64,000 bases of DNA from Eledone cirrhosa (Eukaryota): positions 210,490,001 to 210,554,000 of the forward strand of contig OZ024743.1 in NCBI GenBank assembly GCA_964016885.1, in the 5' to 3' direction. Under the pieces are notes generated by a model. That model was not told the origin of the DNA, did not search any database, and worked only from the letters and a program-made list of their open reading frames with translations. Every line of letters begins with the position of its first letter. Position 1 is the first letter of the stretch. Both the position numbers and the translations under genes were made by a program. Positions 28,001 through 44,100 of this stretch are shown piece by piece.

Positions 28001-31000
28001 AAAGCTCTTCATTCCATAAGTTATACCACAGTGTACCATCCTATAGCGGGATGAAAGCTCTTCACTCCATAAGATATACCACAGTCTACCATCCAATAGT
28101 CACACATGAAAGCTCTTCACTCCATAAGATATACCACAGTTCACCATCCTATAGCCACAGATGAAAGCTCTTCACTCCATAAGATATACCACAGTTTACA
28201 ATCCTATAGCCACACATGAAAGCTCTTCACTCCATAAGATATACCACAGTTTACCATCCTATAGCCACAGATGAAAGCTCTTCACTCCATAAGATATAAC
28301 ACAGTTTACCATCCTATGGCCACAGATGAAAGCTCTTCACTCCATAGGATATACCACAGTTTACCATCCTATAGCCACACATGAAAGCTCTTCACTCCAT
28401 AGGATATACCACAGTTTACAATCCTATAGCCACACATGAAAGCTCTTCACTCCATAACCATAGTTTACCATTCTATAGCCACACATCAAAGCTCTTCACT
28501 CCATAAGATATACCACAGTTTACCATCCTATAGCCACAGATGAAAGCTCTTTACACCATGAGATATACCACAGTTTACCATCCTATAGCCAGATGAAAGC
28601 TCTTCACTCCATAAGATATACCACAGTTTACCATCCTATCTCCACAGATGAAAGCTCTTCAGTCCATAAGATATACCACAGTTTACCATCCTATGGCCAC
28701 ACATGAAAGCTCTTCACCCATAAGATATACCACAGTTTACCATCCTTTCGCAAGATCAAAGCTCTTCACTCTATAGGATATACCACAGTTTACCATCCTA
28801 TAGCCACACATGAAAGCTCGTCACTCCATAAGATATACCACAGTTTGGCATCCTATAGCCAGATGAAAACTCTTCACTCCATAAGATATACCACAGTTTA
28901 CCATCCTATATCCAGATGAAAGCTCTTCACTCCATAAGATATACCACAGTTTACCATCCTATAGCCACACATGAAAGCTTTTCACTCTATAAGATATACA
29001 GCAGTTTACCATCCTATGGCCACAGAGGAAAGCTCTTCACTCCATAAGATATACCACAGTTTACCATCCTGTAGCCAGATGAAAGCTCTTCATTCCGTAA
29101 GATATACTAGTTTACCATCCTATAGCCACACATGAAAGCTCTTCACTCCATAAGATATACCACAGTTTACCATCCTTTCGCAAGATGAAAGCTCTTCACT
29201 CCATAGGATATACCACAGTTTACCATCCTATAGCCACACATGAAAGCTCGTCACTCCATAAGATATACCACAGTTTAGCATCCTATAGCCAGATGAAAAC
29301 TCTTCACTCCATAAGATATACCACAGTTTACCATCCTATAGCCACACATGAAAGCTCTTCACTCCATAAGATATACAGCAGTTTACCCTCCTATGGCCAC
29401 AGAGGAAAGCTCTTCACTCCATAAGATATACCACAGTTTACCATCCTATAGCCACAGATGAAAGCACTTCACTCCATAAGATATACCACAGTTTACCATC
29501 CTATAGCCACACATGAAAGCTCTTCACTCCATAAGATATACCACAGTTTAACATCCTATAGCCACACATGAAAGCTCTTCACTCCATAAGATATACCACA
29601 GTTTACCATCCTGTAGCCAGAAGAAAGCTCTTTACTCCGTAAGATATACCACAGTTTACCATCCTATAGCCACACATGAAACTCTTCACTCCATAGGATA
29701 TACCACAGTTTACCATCCTATAGCCACACATGAAAGCTCTTCACTCCATAGGATATACCACAGTTTACCATCCTATAGCCAGATGAAAGCTCTTCACTCC
29801 ATAAATATATCACAGTTTACCATCCTATAGCCACAGATGAAAGCTCTTCACTCCATAAGATATACCACAGTTTACCATCCTATAGCCACACATGGAACTC
29901 TTCACTCCATAGGATATACCACAGTTTACCATCCTATAGCCACACATGAAAGCTCTTCACTCCATAGGATATACCACAGTTTACCATCCTATAGCCACAC
30001 GGGAAAGCTCTTCACTCCATAAGATATACGACAGTTTACCATCCTATAGCCACAGATGAAAGCTCTTCACCCCATAAGATATACCACAGTTTACCATCCT
30101 ATAGCCAGATGAAAGCTCTTCACTCCATAAATATAGCACAGTTTACCATCCTATAGCCACAGATGAAAGCTCTTCACTCCATAAGATATACCACAGTTTA
30201 CCATCCTATAGCCACACATGAAAGCTCTTCACTCCATAAGATATACCACAGTTTACCATCCTGTAGCCAGATGAAAGCTCTTCATTCCATAAGATATACC
30301 ACAGTTTACCATCCTATAGCCACACATGAAAACTCTTCACTCCATAAGATATACCACAGTTTAACATCCTAGAGCCACACATGAAAGCTCTTCACTCCAT
30401 AAGATATACCACAGTTTACCATCCTGTAGCCAGATGAAAGCTCTTCACTCTATAAGATATACCACAGTTTACCATCCTATAGCCAGATGAAAGCTCTTCA
30501 CTCCATAAGATATACCAGTTTACCATCCTATAGCCACAGATGAAAGCTCTTCGCTCCATAAGATATACCACAGTTTACCACCCTATAGCCAGATGAAAGA
30601 TCTTCACTCCATAAGATATACCAGTTTACCATTCTATAGCCACAGATGAAAGCTCTTCACTCCATAAGATATACCACAGTTTACCATCCTATAGCCACAG
30701 ATGAATGCTCTTCATTCCATAAGATATACCAGTTTACCATCCTATAGCCACAGATGAAAGCTCTTCGCTCCATAAGATATACCTCAGTTTACCATCCTAT
30801 AGCCACACATGAAAGCTCTTCACTCCATAAGATATACCACAGTTTAACATCCTAGAGCCACACATGAAAGCTCTTCACTCTATAAGATATACCACAGTTT
30901 ACCATCCTATAGCCAGATGAAAGCTCTTCACTCCATAAGATATACCACAGATTACCATCCTGTAGCCAGATGAAAGCTCTTCACTCCATAAGATATACAA

Positions 31001-32030
31001 CAGTTTACCAACCTATAGCCACAGATGAAAGCTCTTCACTCCATAAGATATACCACAGTTTACCATCCTATAGCCAGATGAAAGCTCTTCACTCCATAAG
31101 ATATACCACAGTTTACCATCCTATAGCCACACATTAAAGCTCTTCACTCCATAAGATATACCACAGTTTACCAACCTATAGCCACAGATGAAAGCTCTTC
31201 ACTCCATAAGTTATACCACAGTTTACCATCCTATAGCCAGATGAAAGCTCTTCATTCCATAAGATATACCAGTTTACCATCATATAGCCACAGATGAAAG
31301 CTCTTCACTCCATAAGATATACCACAGTTTACCATCCTATAGCCAGATGAAAGCTCTTCACTCCATAAGATATAACACATTCTACCATCCTATAGCCAGC
31401 TGAAACACTTCACTCCATAAGATATACCACAGTTTACCATCCTATAGACACAGATGAAAGCTCTTCACTCCATAAGATATACCACAGTTTACCATCCTAT
31501 AGCCACACATGAAAGCTCTTCACTCCATAAGATATACCACAGTTTACCATCCTATAGCCATACATGAAAGCTCTTCAGTCCATAAGATATACCACAGTTT
31601 ACCATCTTATAGCCACACATGAAAGCTCTTCACTCCATAAGATATACCACAGTTTACCATCCTATAGCCATGCATGAAAGCTCTTCAGTCCATAAGATAT
31701 ACCACAGTTTACCATCCTATAGCCACAGATGAAAGCTCTTCACTCCATAATATATACCACAGTTTACCATCCGATAGCGAGATGAAAGCTCTTCACTCCA
31801 TAAGATATACCACGGTTTACCATCCTATAGCCACACATGAAAGCTCTTCACTCCATAAGATATACCACAGTTTACCATCCTATAGCCACAGATGAAAGCT
31901 CTTCACTCCATAAGATATACCACAGTTTACCATCCTATGGCCACACATGAAAGCTCTTCACTCCATAAGATATACCACAGTTTACCATCCTATAGCCACA
32001 CATGAAACTCTTCACTCCATAGGATATACC
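25050..32030 (+). repeat. Third, more diverged copy of the ~6.6-7.2-kb left-domain unit
   Basis: Same marker order as 18400-24900 (offsets 6619, 6511, 7050, 7156 from ORF pairs 19259/25878, 21053/27564, 23113/30163, 24518/31674) but with more private substitutions. Confidence 0.85.
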
Positions 32031-35000
32031 ACAGTTTACCATCCTATAGCCACACATGAAAGCTCTTCACTCCATAGGATATACCACAGTTTACCATCCT
32101 ATAGCCACAGATGAAAGCTCTTCACCCCATAAGATATACCACAGTTTACCATCCTATAGCCAGATGAAAGCTCTTCACTCCATAAATATATCACAGTTTA
32201 CCATTCTATAGCCACAGATGAAAGCTCTTCACTCCATAAGATATACCACAGTTTACCATCCTATAGCCACACATGAAAACTCTTCACTCCATAAGATATA
32301 CCACAGTTTACCATCCTGTAGCCAGATGAAAGCTCTTCATTCCGTAAGATATACCAGTTTACCATCCTATAGCCACACATGAAAGCTCTTCACTCCATAA
32401 GATATACCACAGTTTACCATCCTTTCGCAAGATGAAAGCTCTTCACTCCATAGGATATACCACAGTTTACCATCCTATAGCCACACATGAAAGCTCTTCA
32501 CTCCATAAGATATACAGCAGTTTACCATCCTATGGCCACAGAGGAAAGCTCTTCACTCCATAAGATATACCACAGTTTACCATCCTATAGCCACAGATGA
32601 AAGCACATCACTCCATAAGATATACCACAGTTTACCATCCTATAGCCACACATGAAAGCTCTTCACTCCATAAGATATACCACAGTTTAACATCCTATAG
32701 CCACACATGAAAGCTCTTCACTCCATAAGATATACCACAGTTTCACATCCTATAGCCACACATGAAAGCTCTTCACTCCATAAGATATACCACAGTTTAC
32801 CATCCTGTAGCCAGATGAAAGCTCTTTACTCCGTAAGATATACCACAGTTTACCATCCTATAGCCACACATGAAACTCTTCACTCCATAGGATATACCAC
32901 AGTTTACCATCCTATAGCCACACATGAAAGCTCTTCACTCCATAGGATATACCACAGTTTACCATCCTATAGCCAGATGAAAGCTCTTCACTCCATAAAT
33001 ATATCACAGTTTACCATCCTATAGCCACAGATGAAAGCTCTTCACTCCATAAGATATACCACAGTTTAACATCGTATAGCCACACATGAAAGCTCTTCAC
33101 TCCATAAGATATACCACAGTTTACCATCCTGTAGCCAGATGAAAGCTCTTCATTCCATAAGATATACCACAGTTTACCATCCTATAGCCACACATGAAAG
33201 CTCTTCACTCCATAAGATATACCACAGTTTAACATCCTAGAGCCACACATGAAAGCTCTTCACTCCATAAGATATACCACAGTTTACCATCCTGTAGCCA
33301 GATGAAAGCTCTTCACTCTATAAGATATACCACAGTTTACCATCCTATAGCCAGATGAAAGCTCTTCACTCCATAAGATATACCAGTTTACCATCCTATA
33401 GCCACAGATGAAAGCTCTTCGCTCCATAAGATATACCACAGTTTACCACCCTATAGCCAGATGAAAGATCTTCACTCCATAAGATATACCAGTTTACCAT
33501 CCTATAGCCACAGATGAAAGCTCTTCACTCCATAAGATATACCACAGTTTACCATCCTATAGCCACAGATGAATGCTCTTCATTCCATAAGATATACCAG
33601 TTTACCATCCTATAGCCACAGATGAAAGCTCTTCACTCCATAAGATATACCACAGTTTACCACCCTATAGCCAGATGAAAGCTCTTCACTCCATAAGATA
33701 TACCAGAGTTTACCATCCTATAGCCACACATGAAAGCTCTTCACTCCATAAGATATACCACAGTTTACCATCCTATAGCCACAGATGAAAGCTCTTCACC
33801 CCATAAGATATACCACAGTTTACCATCCTATAGCCACAGATGAAAGCTCTTCGCTCCATAAGATATACCACAGTTTACCATCCTATAGCCACACATGAAA
33901 GCTCTTCACTCCATAAGATATACCACAGTTTAACATCCTAGAGCCACACATGAAAGCTCTTCACTCCATAAGATATACCACAGTTTACCATCCTGTAGCC
34001 AGATGAAAGCTCTTCACTCTATAAGATATACCACACTTTACCATCCTATAGCCAGATGAAAGCTCTTCACTCCATAAGATATACCACAGATTACCATCCT
34101 GTAGCCAGATGAAAGCTCTTCACTCCATAAGATATACAACAGTTTACCAACCTATAGCCACAGATGAAAGCTCTTCACTCCATAAGATATACCACAGTTT
34201 ACCATCCTATAGCCAGATGAAAGCTCTTCACTCCATAAGATATACCACAGTTTACCATCCTATAGCCACACATTAAAGCTCTTCACTCCATAAGATATAC
34301 CACAATTTACCAACCTATAGCCACAGATGAAAGCTCTTCACTCCATAAGTTATACCACAGTTTACCATCCTATAGCCAGATGAAAGCTCTTCATTCCATA
34401 AGATATACCAGTTTACCATCATATAGCCACAGATGAAAGCTCTTCACTCCATAAGATATACCACAGTTTACCATCCTATAGCCAGATGAAAGCTCTTCAC
34501 TCCATAAGATATAACACATTCTACCATCCTATAGCCAGCTGAAACACTTCACTCCATAAGATATACCACAGTCTACCATCCTATAGCCACAGATGAAAGC
34601 TCTTCACTCCATAAGATATACCACAGTTTACCATCCTATAGCCACACATGAAAGCTCTTCACTCCATAAGATATACCACAGTTTACCATGCTATAGCCAT
34701 ACATGAAAGCTCTTCAGTCCATAAGATATACCACAGTTTACCATCTTATAGCCACACATGAAAGCTCTTCACTCCATAAGATATACCACAGTTTACCATC
34801 CTATAGCCATGCATGAAAGCTCTTCAGTCCATAAGATATACCACAGTTTACCATCCTATAGCCACAGATGAAAGCTCTTCACTCCATAATATATACCACA
34901 GTTTACCATCCGATAGCGAGATGAAAGCTCTTCACTCCATAAGGTATACCACGGTTTACCATCCTATAGCCACACATGAAAGCTCTTCACTCCATAAGAT

Positions 35001-35139
35001 ATACCACAGTTTACCATCCTATAGCCACAGATGAAAGCTCTTCACTCCATAAGATATACCACAGTTTACCATCCTATGGCCACACATGAAAGCTCTTCTC
35101 TCCATAAGATATACCACAGTTTACCATCCTATAGCCACA

Positions 35140-38100
35140 CATGAAACTCGTCACTCCATAGGATATACCACAGTTTACCATCCTATAGCCATACATGAAA
35201 GCTCTTCAGTCCATAAGGTATACCACAGTTTACCATCCTATAGCCACAGATAAAAGCTCTTCACTCCATAAGATATACTACAGTTTACTATCCTATAGCC
35301 AGATGAAAGCTCTTCACTCCATAATATATAGCACAGTTTAGCATCCTATAGCCACAGATGAAAGCTCTTCACTCCATAATATATACCACAGTTTACCATC
35401 CTATAGCAAGATGAAAGCTCTTCACTCCATAAGATATACCACAGTTTACCATCCTATAGCCAGATGAAAGCTCTTCACTCCATAAATATATCACAGTTTA
35501 CCATCCTATAGCCACACATGAAAGCTCTTCACTCCATAAGATATACCACAGTTTACCATCCTATAGCCAGATGAAAGCTCTTCACTCCATAAATATATCA
35601 CATTTTACCATTCTATTGCCACAGATGAAAGCTCTTCACTCCATAAGATATACCACAGTTTACCATCCTATAGCCACACATGAAAACTCTTCACTCCATA
35701 AGATATACCACAGTTTACCATCCTGTAGCCAGATGAAAGCTCTTCATTCCGTAAGATATACCACAGTTTACCATCCTATAGCCACACATGAAAGCTCTTC
35801 ACTCCATAAGATATACCACAGTTTACCATCCTATAGGCAGATGAAAACTCTTCACTCCATAAGATATACCACAGTTTACCACCCTATAGCCAGATGAAAG
35901 CTCTTCACTCCATAAGATATACCAGTTTACCATCCTATAGCCACAGATGAAAGCTCTTCGCTCCATAAGATATACCACAGTTTACCACCCTATAGCCAGA
36001 TGAAAGATCTTCACTCCATAAGATATACCAGTTTACCATCCTATAGCCACAGATGAAAGCTCTTCACTCCATAAGATATACCACAGTTTACCATCCTAAA
36101 GCCACAGATGAAAGCTCTTCACTCCATAAGATATACCAGTTTACCATCCTATAGCCACAGATGAAAGCTCTTCACTCCATAAGATATACCACAGTTTACC
36201 ACCCTATAGCCAGATGAAAGCTCTTCACTCCATAAGATATACCAGAGTTTACCATCCTAGGGCCACACATGAAAGCTCTTCACTCCATAAGATATACCAC
36301 AGTTTATCATCATATAGCCACAGATGAATGCACATCACTCCATAAGATATACCACAGTTTACCATCCTATAGCCACAGATGAAACTCTTCACCCCATAAG
36401 ATATACCACAGTTTACCATCCTATAGCCACAGATGAAAGCTCTTCGCTCCATAAGATATACCACAGTTTACCATCCTATAGCCACACATGAAAGCTCTTC
36501 ACTCCATAAGATATACCACAGTTTAACATCCTATAGCCACACATGAAAGCTCTTCACTCCATAAGATATACCACAGTTTACCATCCTATAGCCACAGATG
36601 AAAGCTCTTCACCCCATAAGATATACCACAGTTTACCATCCTATAGCCAGATGAAAGCTCTTCACTCCATAAATATATCACAGTTTACCATCCTATAGCC
36701 ACAGATGAAAGCTCTTCACTCCATAAGATATACCACAGTTTACCATCCTATAGCCACACATGAAAGCTCTTCACTCCATAAGATATACCACAGTTTACCA
36801 TCCTGTAGCCAGATGAAAGCTCTTCATTCCATAAGATATACCACAGTTTACCATCCTATAGCCACACATGAAAGCTCTTCACTCCATAAGATATACCACA
36901 GTTTACCATCCTATAGGCAGATGAAAACTCTTCACTCCATAAGATATACCACAGTTTACCACCCTATAGCCAGATGAAAGCTCTTCACTCCATAAGATAT
37001 ACCAGTTTACCATCCTATAGCCACAGATGAAAGCTCTTCGCTCCATAAGATATACCACAGTTTACCACCCTATAGCCAGATGAAAGATCTTCACTCCATA
37101 AGATATACCAGTTTACCATCCTATAGCCACAGATGAAAGCTCTTCACTCCATAAGATATACCACAGTTTACCATCCTATAGCCACAGATGAAAGCTCTTC
37201 ACTCCATAAGATATACCAGTTTACAATCCTATAGCCACAGATGAAAGCTCTTCACTCCATAAGATATACCACAGTTTACCACCCTATAGCCAGATGAAAG
37301 CTCTTCACTCCATAAGATATACCAGAGTTTACCATCCTATAGCCACACATGAAAGCTCTTCACTCCATAAGATATACCACAGTTTACCATCATATAGCCA
37401 CAGATGAATGCACATCACTCCATAAGATATACCACAGTTTACCATCCTATAGCCACACATGAAAACTCTTCACTCCATAAGATATACCACAGTTTACCAT
37501 CCTGTAGCCAGATGAAAGCTCTTCATTCCGTAAGATATACCACAGTTTACCATCCTATAGCCACACATGAAAGCTCTTCACTCCATAAGATATACCACAG
37601 TTTACCATCCTATAGGCAGATGAAAACTCTTCACTCCATAAGATATACCACAGTTTACCATCCTAAAGCCACAGATGAAAGCTCTTCACTCCATAAGATA
37701 TACCAGTTTACCATCCTATAGCCACAGATGAAAGCTCTTCACTCCATAAGATATACCACAGTTTACCACCCTATAGCCAGATGAAAGCTCTTCACTCCAT
37801 AAGATATACCAGAGTTTACCATCCTATAGCCACACATGAAAGCTCTTCACTCCATAAGATATACCACAGTTTACCATCATATAGCCACAGATGAATGCAC
37901 ATCACTCCATAAGATATACCACAGTTTACCATCCTATAGCCACAGATGAAAGCTCTTCACCCCATAAGATATACCACAGTTTACCATCCTATAGCCACAG
38001 ATGAAAGCTCTTCGCTCCATAAGATATACCACAGTTTACCATCCTATAGCCACACATGAAAGCTCTTCACTCCATAAGATATACCACAGTTTAACATCCT

Positions 38101-41100
38101 ATAGCCACACATGAAAGCTCTTCACTCCATAAGATATACCACAGTTTACCATCCTATAGCCACAGATGAAAGCTCTTCACCCCATAAGATATACCACAGT
38201 TTACCATCCTATAGCCAGATGAAAGCTCTTCACTCCATAAATATATCACAGTTTACCATCCTATAGCCACAGATGAAAGCTCTTCACTCCATAAGATATA
38301 CCACAGTTTACCATCCTATAGCCACACATGAAAGCTCTTCACTCCATAAGATATACCACAGTTTACCATCCTGTAGCCAGATGAAAGCTCTTCATTCCAT
38401 AAGATATACCACAGTTTACCATCCTATAGCCACACATGAAAGCTCTTCACTCCATAAGATATACCACAGTTTACCATCCTATAGGCAGATGAAAACTCTT
38501 CACTCCATAAGATATACCACAGTTTACCACCCTATAGCCAGATGAAAGCTCTTCACTCCATAAGGTATACCAGTTTACCATCCTATAGCCACAGATGAAA
38601 GCTCTTCGCTCCATAAGATATACCACAGTTTACAACCCTATAGCCAGATGAAAGATCTTCACTCCATAAGATATACCAGTTTACCATCCTATAGCCACAG
38701 ATGAAAGCTCTTCACTCCATAAGATATACCACAGTTTACCATCCTATAGCCACAGATGAAAGCTCTTCACTCCATAAGATATACCAGTTTACCATCCTAT
38801 AGCCACAGATGAAAGCTCTTCACTCCATAAGATATACCACAGTTTACCACCCTATAGCCAGATGAAAGCTCTTCACTCCATAAGATATACCAGAGTTTAC
38901 CATCCTATAGCCACACATGAAAGCTCTTCACTCCATAAGATATACCACAGTTTACCATCATATAGCCACAGATGAATGCACATCACTCCATAAGATATAC
39001 CACAGTTTACCATCCTATAGCCACAGATGAAAGCTCTTCACCCCATAAGATATACCACAGTTTACCATCCTATAGCCACAGATGAAAGCTCTTCGCTCCA
39101 TAAGATATACCACAGTTTACCATCCTATAGCCACACATGAAAGCTCTTCACTCCATAAGATATACCACAGTTTAACATCCTAGAGCCACACATGAAAGCT
39201 CTTCACTCCATAAGATATACGACAGTTTACCATCCTGTAGCCAGATGAAAGCTCTTCACTCTATAAGATATACCACAGTTTACCATCCTATAGCCAGATG
39301 AAAGGTCTTCACTCCATAAGATATACCACAGATTACCATCCTGTAGCCAGATGAAAGCTCTTCACTCCATAAGATATACAACAGTTTACCAACCTATAGC
39401 CACAGATTAAAGCTCTTCATTCCATAAGATATACCACAGTTTACCATCCTATAGCCAGATGAAAGCTCTTCACTCCATAAGATATACCACAGTTTACCAT
39501 CCTATAGCCACACATTAAAGCTCTTCACTCCATAAGATATACCACAGTTTACCAACCTATAGCCACAGATGAAAGCTCTTCACTCCATAAGTTATACCAC
39601 AGTTTACCATCCTATAGCCAGATGAAAGCTCTTCACTCCATAAGATACACCAGTTTACCATCCTATAGCCACACATGAAACTCTTCACTCCATAGGATAT
39701 ACCACAGTTTACCATCCTATAGCCATACATGAAAGCTCTTCAGTCCATAAGGTATACCACAGTTTACCATCCTACAGCCACAGATAAAAGCTCTTCACTC
39801 CATGAGATATACTACAGTTTACCATCCTATAGCCAGATGAAAGCTCTTCACTCCATAAGATATAGCACAGTTTAGCATCCTATAGCCACAGATGAAAGCT
39901 CTTAACTCCATAATATATACCACAGTTTACCATCCTATAGCAAGATGAAAGCTCTTCACTCCATAAGATATACCACAGTTTACCATCCTACAGCCAGATG
40001 AAAGCTCTTCACTCCATAAATATATCACAGTTTACCATCCTATAGCCACACATGAAAGCTCTTCACTCCATAATATATACCACAGTTTACCATCCTATAG
40101 CCAGATGAAAGCTCTTCACTCCATAAATATATCACAGTTTACCATTCTATTGCCACAGATGAAAGCTCTTCACTCCATAAGATATACCACAGTTTACCAT
40201 CCTATAGCCACACATGAAAACTCTTCACTCCATAAGATATACCACAGTTTACCATCCTGTAGCCAGATGAAAGCTCTTCATTCCGTAAGATATACCACAG
40301 TTTACCACCCTATAGCCAGATGAAAGCTCTTCACTCCATAAGATATACCAGTTTACCATCCTATAGCCACAGATGAAAGCTCTTCGCTCCATAAGATATA
40401 CCACAGTTTACCACCCTATAGCCAGATGAAAGATCTTCACTCCATAAGATATACCAGTTTACCATCCTATAGCCACAGATGAAAGCTCTTCACTCCATAA
40501 GATATACCACAGTTTACAATCCTAAAGCCACAGATGAAAGCTCTTCACTCCATAAGATATACCAGTTTACCATCCTATAGCCACAGATGAAAGCTCTTCA
40601 CTCCATAAGATATACCACAGTTTACCACCCTATAGCCAGATGAAAGCTCTTCACTCCATAAGATATACCAGAGTTTACTATCCTAGGGCCACACATGAAA
40701 GCTCTTCACTCCATAAGATATACCACAGTTTATCATCATATAGCCACAGATGAATGCACATCACTCCATAAGATATACCACAGTTTACCATCCTATAGCC
40801 ACAGATGAAACTCTTCACCCCATAAGATATACCACAGTTTACCATCCTATAGCCACAGATGAAAGCTCTTCGCTCCATAAGATATACCACAGTTTACCAT
40901 CCTATAGCCACACATGAAAGCTCTTCACTCCATAAGATATACCACAGTTTAACATCCTATAGCCACACATGAAAGCTCTTCACTCCATAAGATATACCAC
41001 AGTTTACCATCCTATAGCCACAGATGAAAGCTCTTCACCCCATAAGATATACCACAGTTTACCATCCTATAGCCAGATGAAAGCTCTTCACTCCATAAAT

Positions 41101-44100
41101 ATATCACAGTTTACCATCCTATAGCCACAGATGAAAGCTCTTCACTCCATAAGATATACCACAGTTTACCATCCTATAGCCACACATGAAAGCTCTTCAC
41201 TCCATAAGATATACCACAGTTTACCATCCTGTAGCCAGATGAAAGCTCTTCATTCCATAAGATATACCACAGTTTACCATCCTATAGCCACACATGAAAG
41301 CTCTTCACTCCATAAGATATACCACAGTTTACCATCCTATAGGCAGATGAAAACTCTTCACTCCATAAGATATACCACAGTTTACCACCCTATAGCCAGA
41401 TGAAAGCTCTTCACTCCATAAGATATACCAGTTTACCATCCTATAGCCACAGATGAAAGCTCTTCGCTCCATAAGATATACCACAGTTTACCACCCTATA
41501 GCCAGATGAAAGATCTTCACTCCATAAGATATACCAGTTTACCATCCTATAGCCACAGATGAAAGCTCTTCACTCCATAAGATATACCACAGTTTACCAT
41601 CCTATAGCCACAGATGAAAGCTCTTCACTCCATAAGATATACCAGTTTACAATCCTATAGCCACAGATGAAAGCTCTTCACTCCATAAGATATACCACAG
41701 CTTACCACCCTATAGCCAGATGAAAGCTCTTCACTCCATAAGATATACCAGAGTTTACCATCCTATAGCCACACATGAAAGCTCTTCACTCCATAAGATA
41801 TACCACAGTTTACCATCATATAGCCACAGATGAATGCACATCACTCCATAAGATATACCACAGTTTACCATCCTATAGCCACACATGAAAACTCTTCACT
41901 CCATAAGATATACCACAGTTTACCATCCTGTAGCCAGATGAAAGGTCTTCATTCCGTAAGATATACCACAGTTTACCATCCTATAGCCACACATGAAAGC
42001 TCTTCACTCCATAAGATATACCACAGTTTACCATCCTATAGGCAGATGAAAACTCTTCACTCCATAAGATATACCACAGTTTACCATCCTAAAGCCACAG
42101 ATGAAAGCTCTTCACTCCATAAGATATACCAGTTTACCATCCTATAGCCACAGATGAAAGCTCTTCACTCCATAAGATATACCACAGTTTACCACCCTAT
42201 AGCCAGATGAAAGCTCTTCACTCCATAAGATATACCAGAGTTTACCATCCTATAGCCACACATGAAAGCTCTTCACTCCATAAGATATACCACAGTTTAC
42301 CATCATATAGCCACAGATGAATGCACATCACTCCATAAGATATACCACAGTTTACCATCCTATAGCCACAGATGAAAGCTCTTCACCCCATAAGATATAC
42401 CACAGTTTACCATCCTATAGCCACAGATGAAAGCTCTTCGCTCCATAAGATATACCACAGTTTACCATCCTATAGCCACACATGAAAGCTCTTCACTCCA
42501 TAAGATATACCACAGTTTAACATCCTATAGCCACACATGAAAGCTCTTCACTCCATAAGATATACCACAGTTTACCATCCTATAGCCACAGATGAAAGCT
42601 CTTCACCCCATAAGATATACCACAGTTTACCATCCTATAGCCAGATGAAAGCTCTTCACTCCATAAATATATCACTGTTTACCATCCTATAGCCACAGAT
42701 GAAAGCTCTTCACTCCATAAGATATACCACAGTTTACCATCCTATAGCCACACATGAAAGCTCTTCACTCCATAAGATATACCACAGTTTACCATCCTGT
42801 AGCCAGATGAAAGGTCTTCATTCCGTAAGATATACCACAGTTTACCATCCTATAGCCACACATGAAAGCTCTTCACTCCATAAGATATACCACAGTTTAC
42901 CATCCTATAGGCAGATGAAAACTCTTCACTCCATAAGATATACCACAGTTTACCATCCTAAAGCCACAGATGAAAGCTCTTCACTCCATAAGATATACCA
43001 GTTTACCATCCTATAGCCACAGATGAAAGCTCTTCACTCCATAAGATATACCACAGTTTACCACCCTATAGCCAGATGAAAGCTCTTCACTCCATAAGAT
43101 ATACCAGAGTTTACCATCCTATAGCCACACATGAAAGCTCTTCACTCCATAAGATATACCACAGTTTACCATCATATAGCCACAGATGAATGCACATCAC
43201 TCCATAAGATATACCACAGTTTACCATCCTATAGCCACAGATGAAAGCTCTTCACCCCATAAGATATACCACAGTTTACCATCCTATAGCCACAGATGAA
43301 AGCTCTTCGCTCCATAAGATATACCACAGTTTACCATCCTATAGCCACACATGAAAGCTCTTCACTCCATAAGATATACCACAGTTTAACATCCTATAGC
43401 CACACATGAAAGCTCTTCACTCCATAAGATATACCACAGTTTACCATCCTATAGCCACAGATGAAAGCTCTTCACCCCATAAGATATACCACAGTTTACC
43501 ATCCTATAGCCACAGATGAAAGCTCTTCGCTCCATAAGATATACCACAGTTTACCATCCTATAGCCACACATGAAAGCTCTTCACTCCATAAGATATACC
43601 ACAGTTTAACATCCTAGAGCCACACATGAAAGCTCTTCACTCCATAAGATATACGACAGTTTACCATCCTGTAGCCAGATGAAAGCTCTTCACTCTATAA
43701 GATATACCACAGTTTACCATCCTATAGCCAGATGAAAGCTCTTCACTCCATAAGATATACCACAGATTACCATCCTGTAGCCAGATGAAAGCTCTTCACT
43801 CCATAAGATATACAACAGTTTACCAACCTATAGCCACAGATTAAAGCTCTTCATTCCATAAGATATACCACAGTTTACCATCCTATAGCCAGATGAAAGC
43901 TCTTCACTCCATAAGATATACCACAGTTTACCATCCTATAGCCACACATTAAAGCTCTTCACTCCATAAGATATACCACAGTTTACCAACCTATAGCCAC
44001 AGATGAAAGCTCTTCACTCCATAAGTTATACCACAGTTTACCATCCTATAGCCAGATGAAAGCTCTTCACTCCATAAGATACACCAGTTTACCATCCTAT

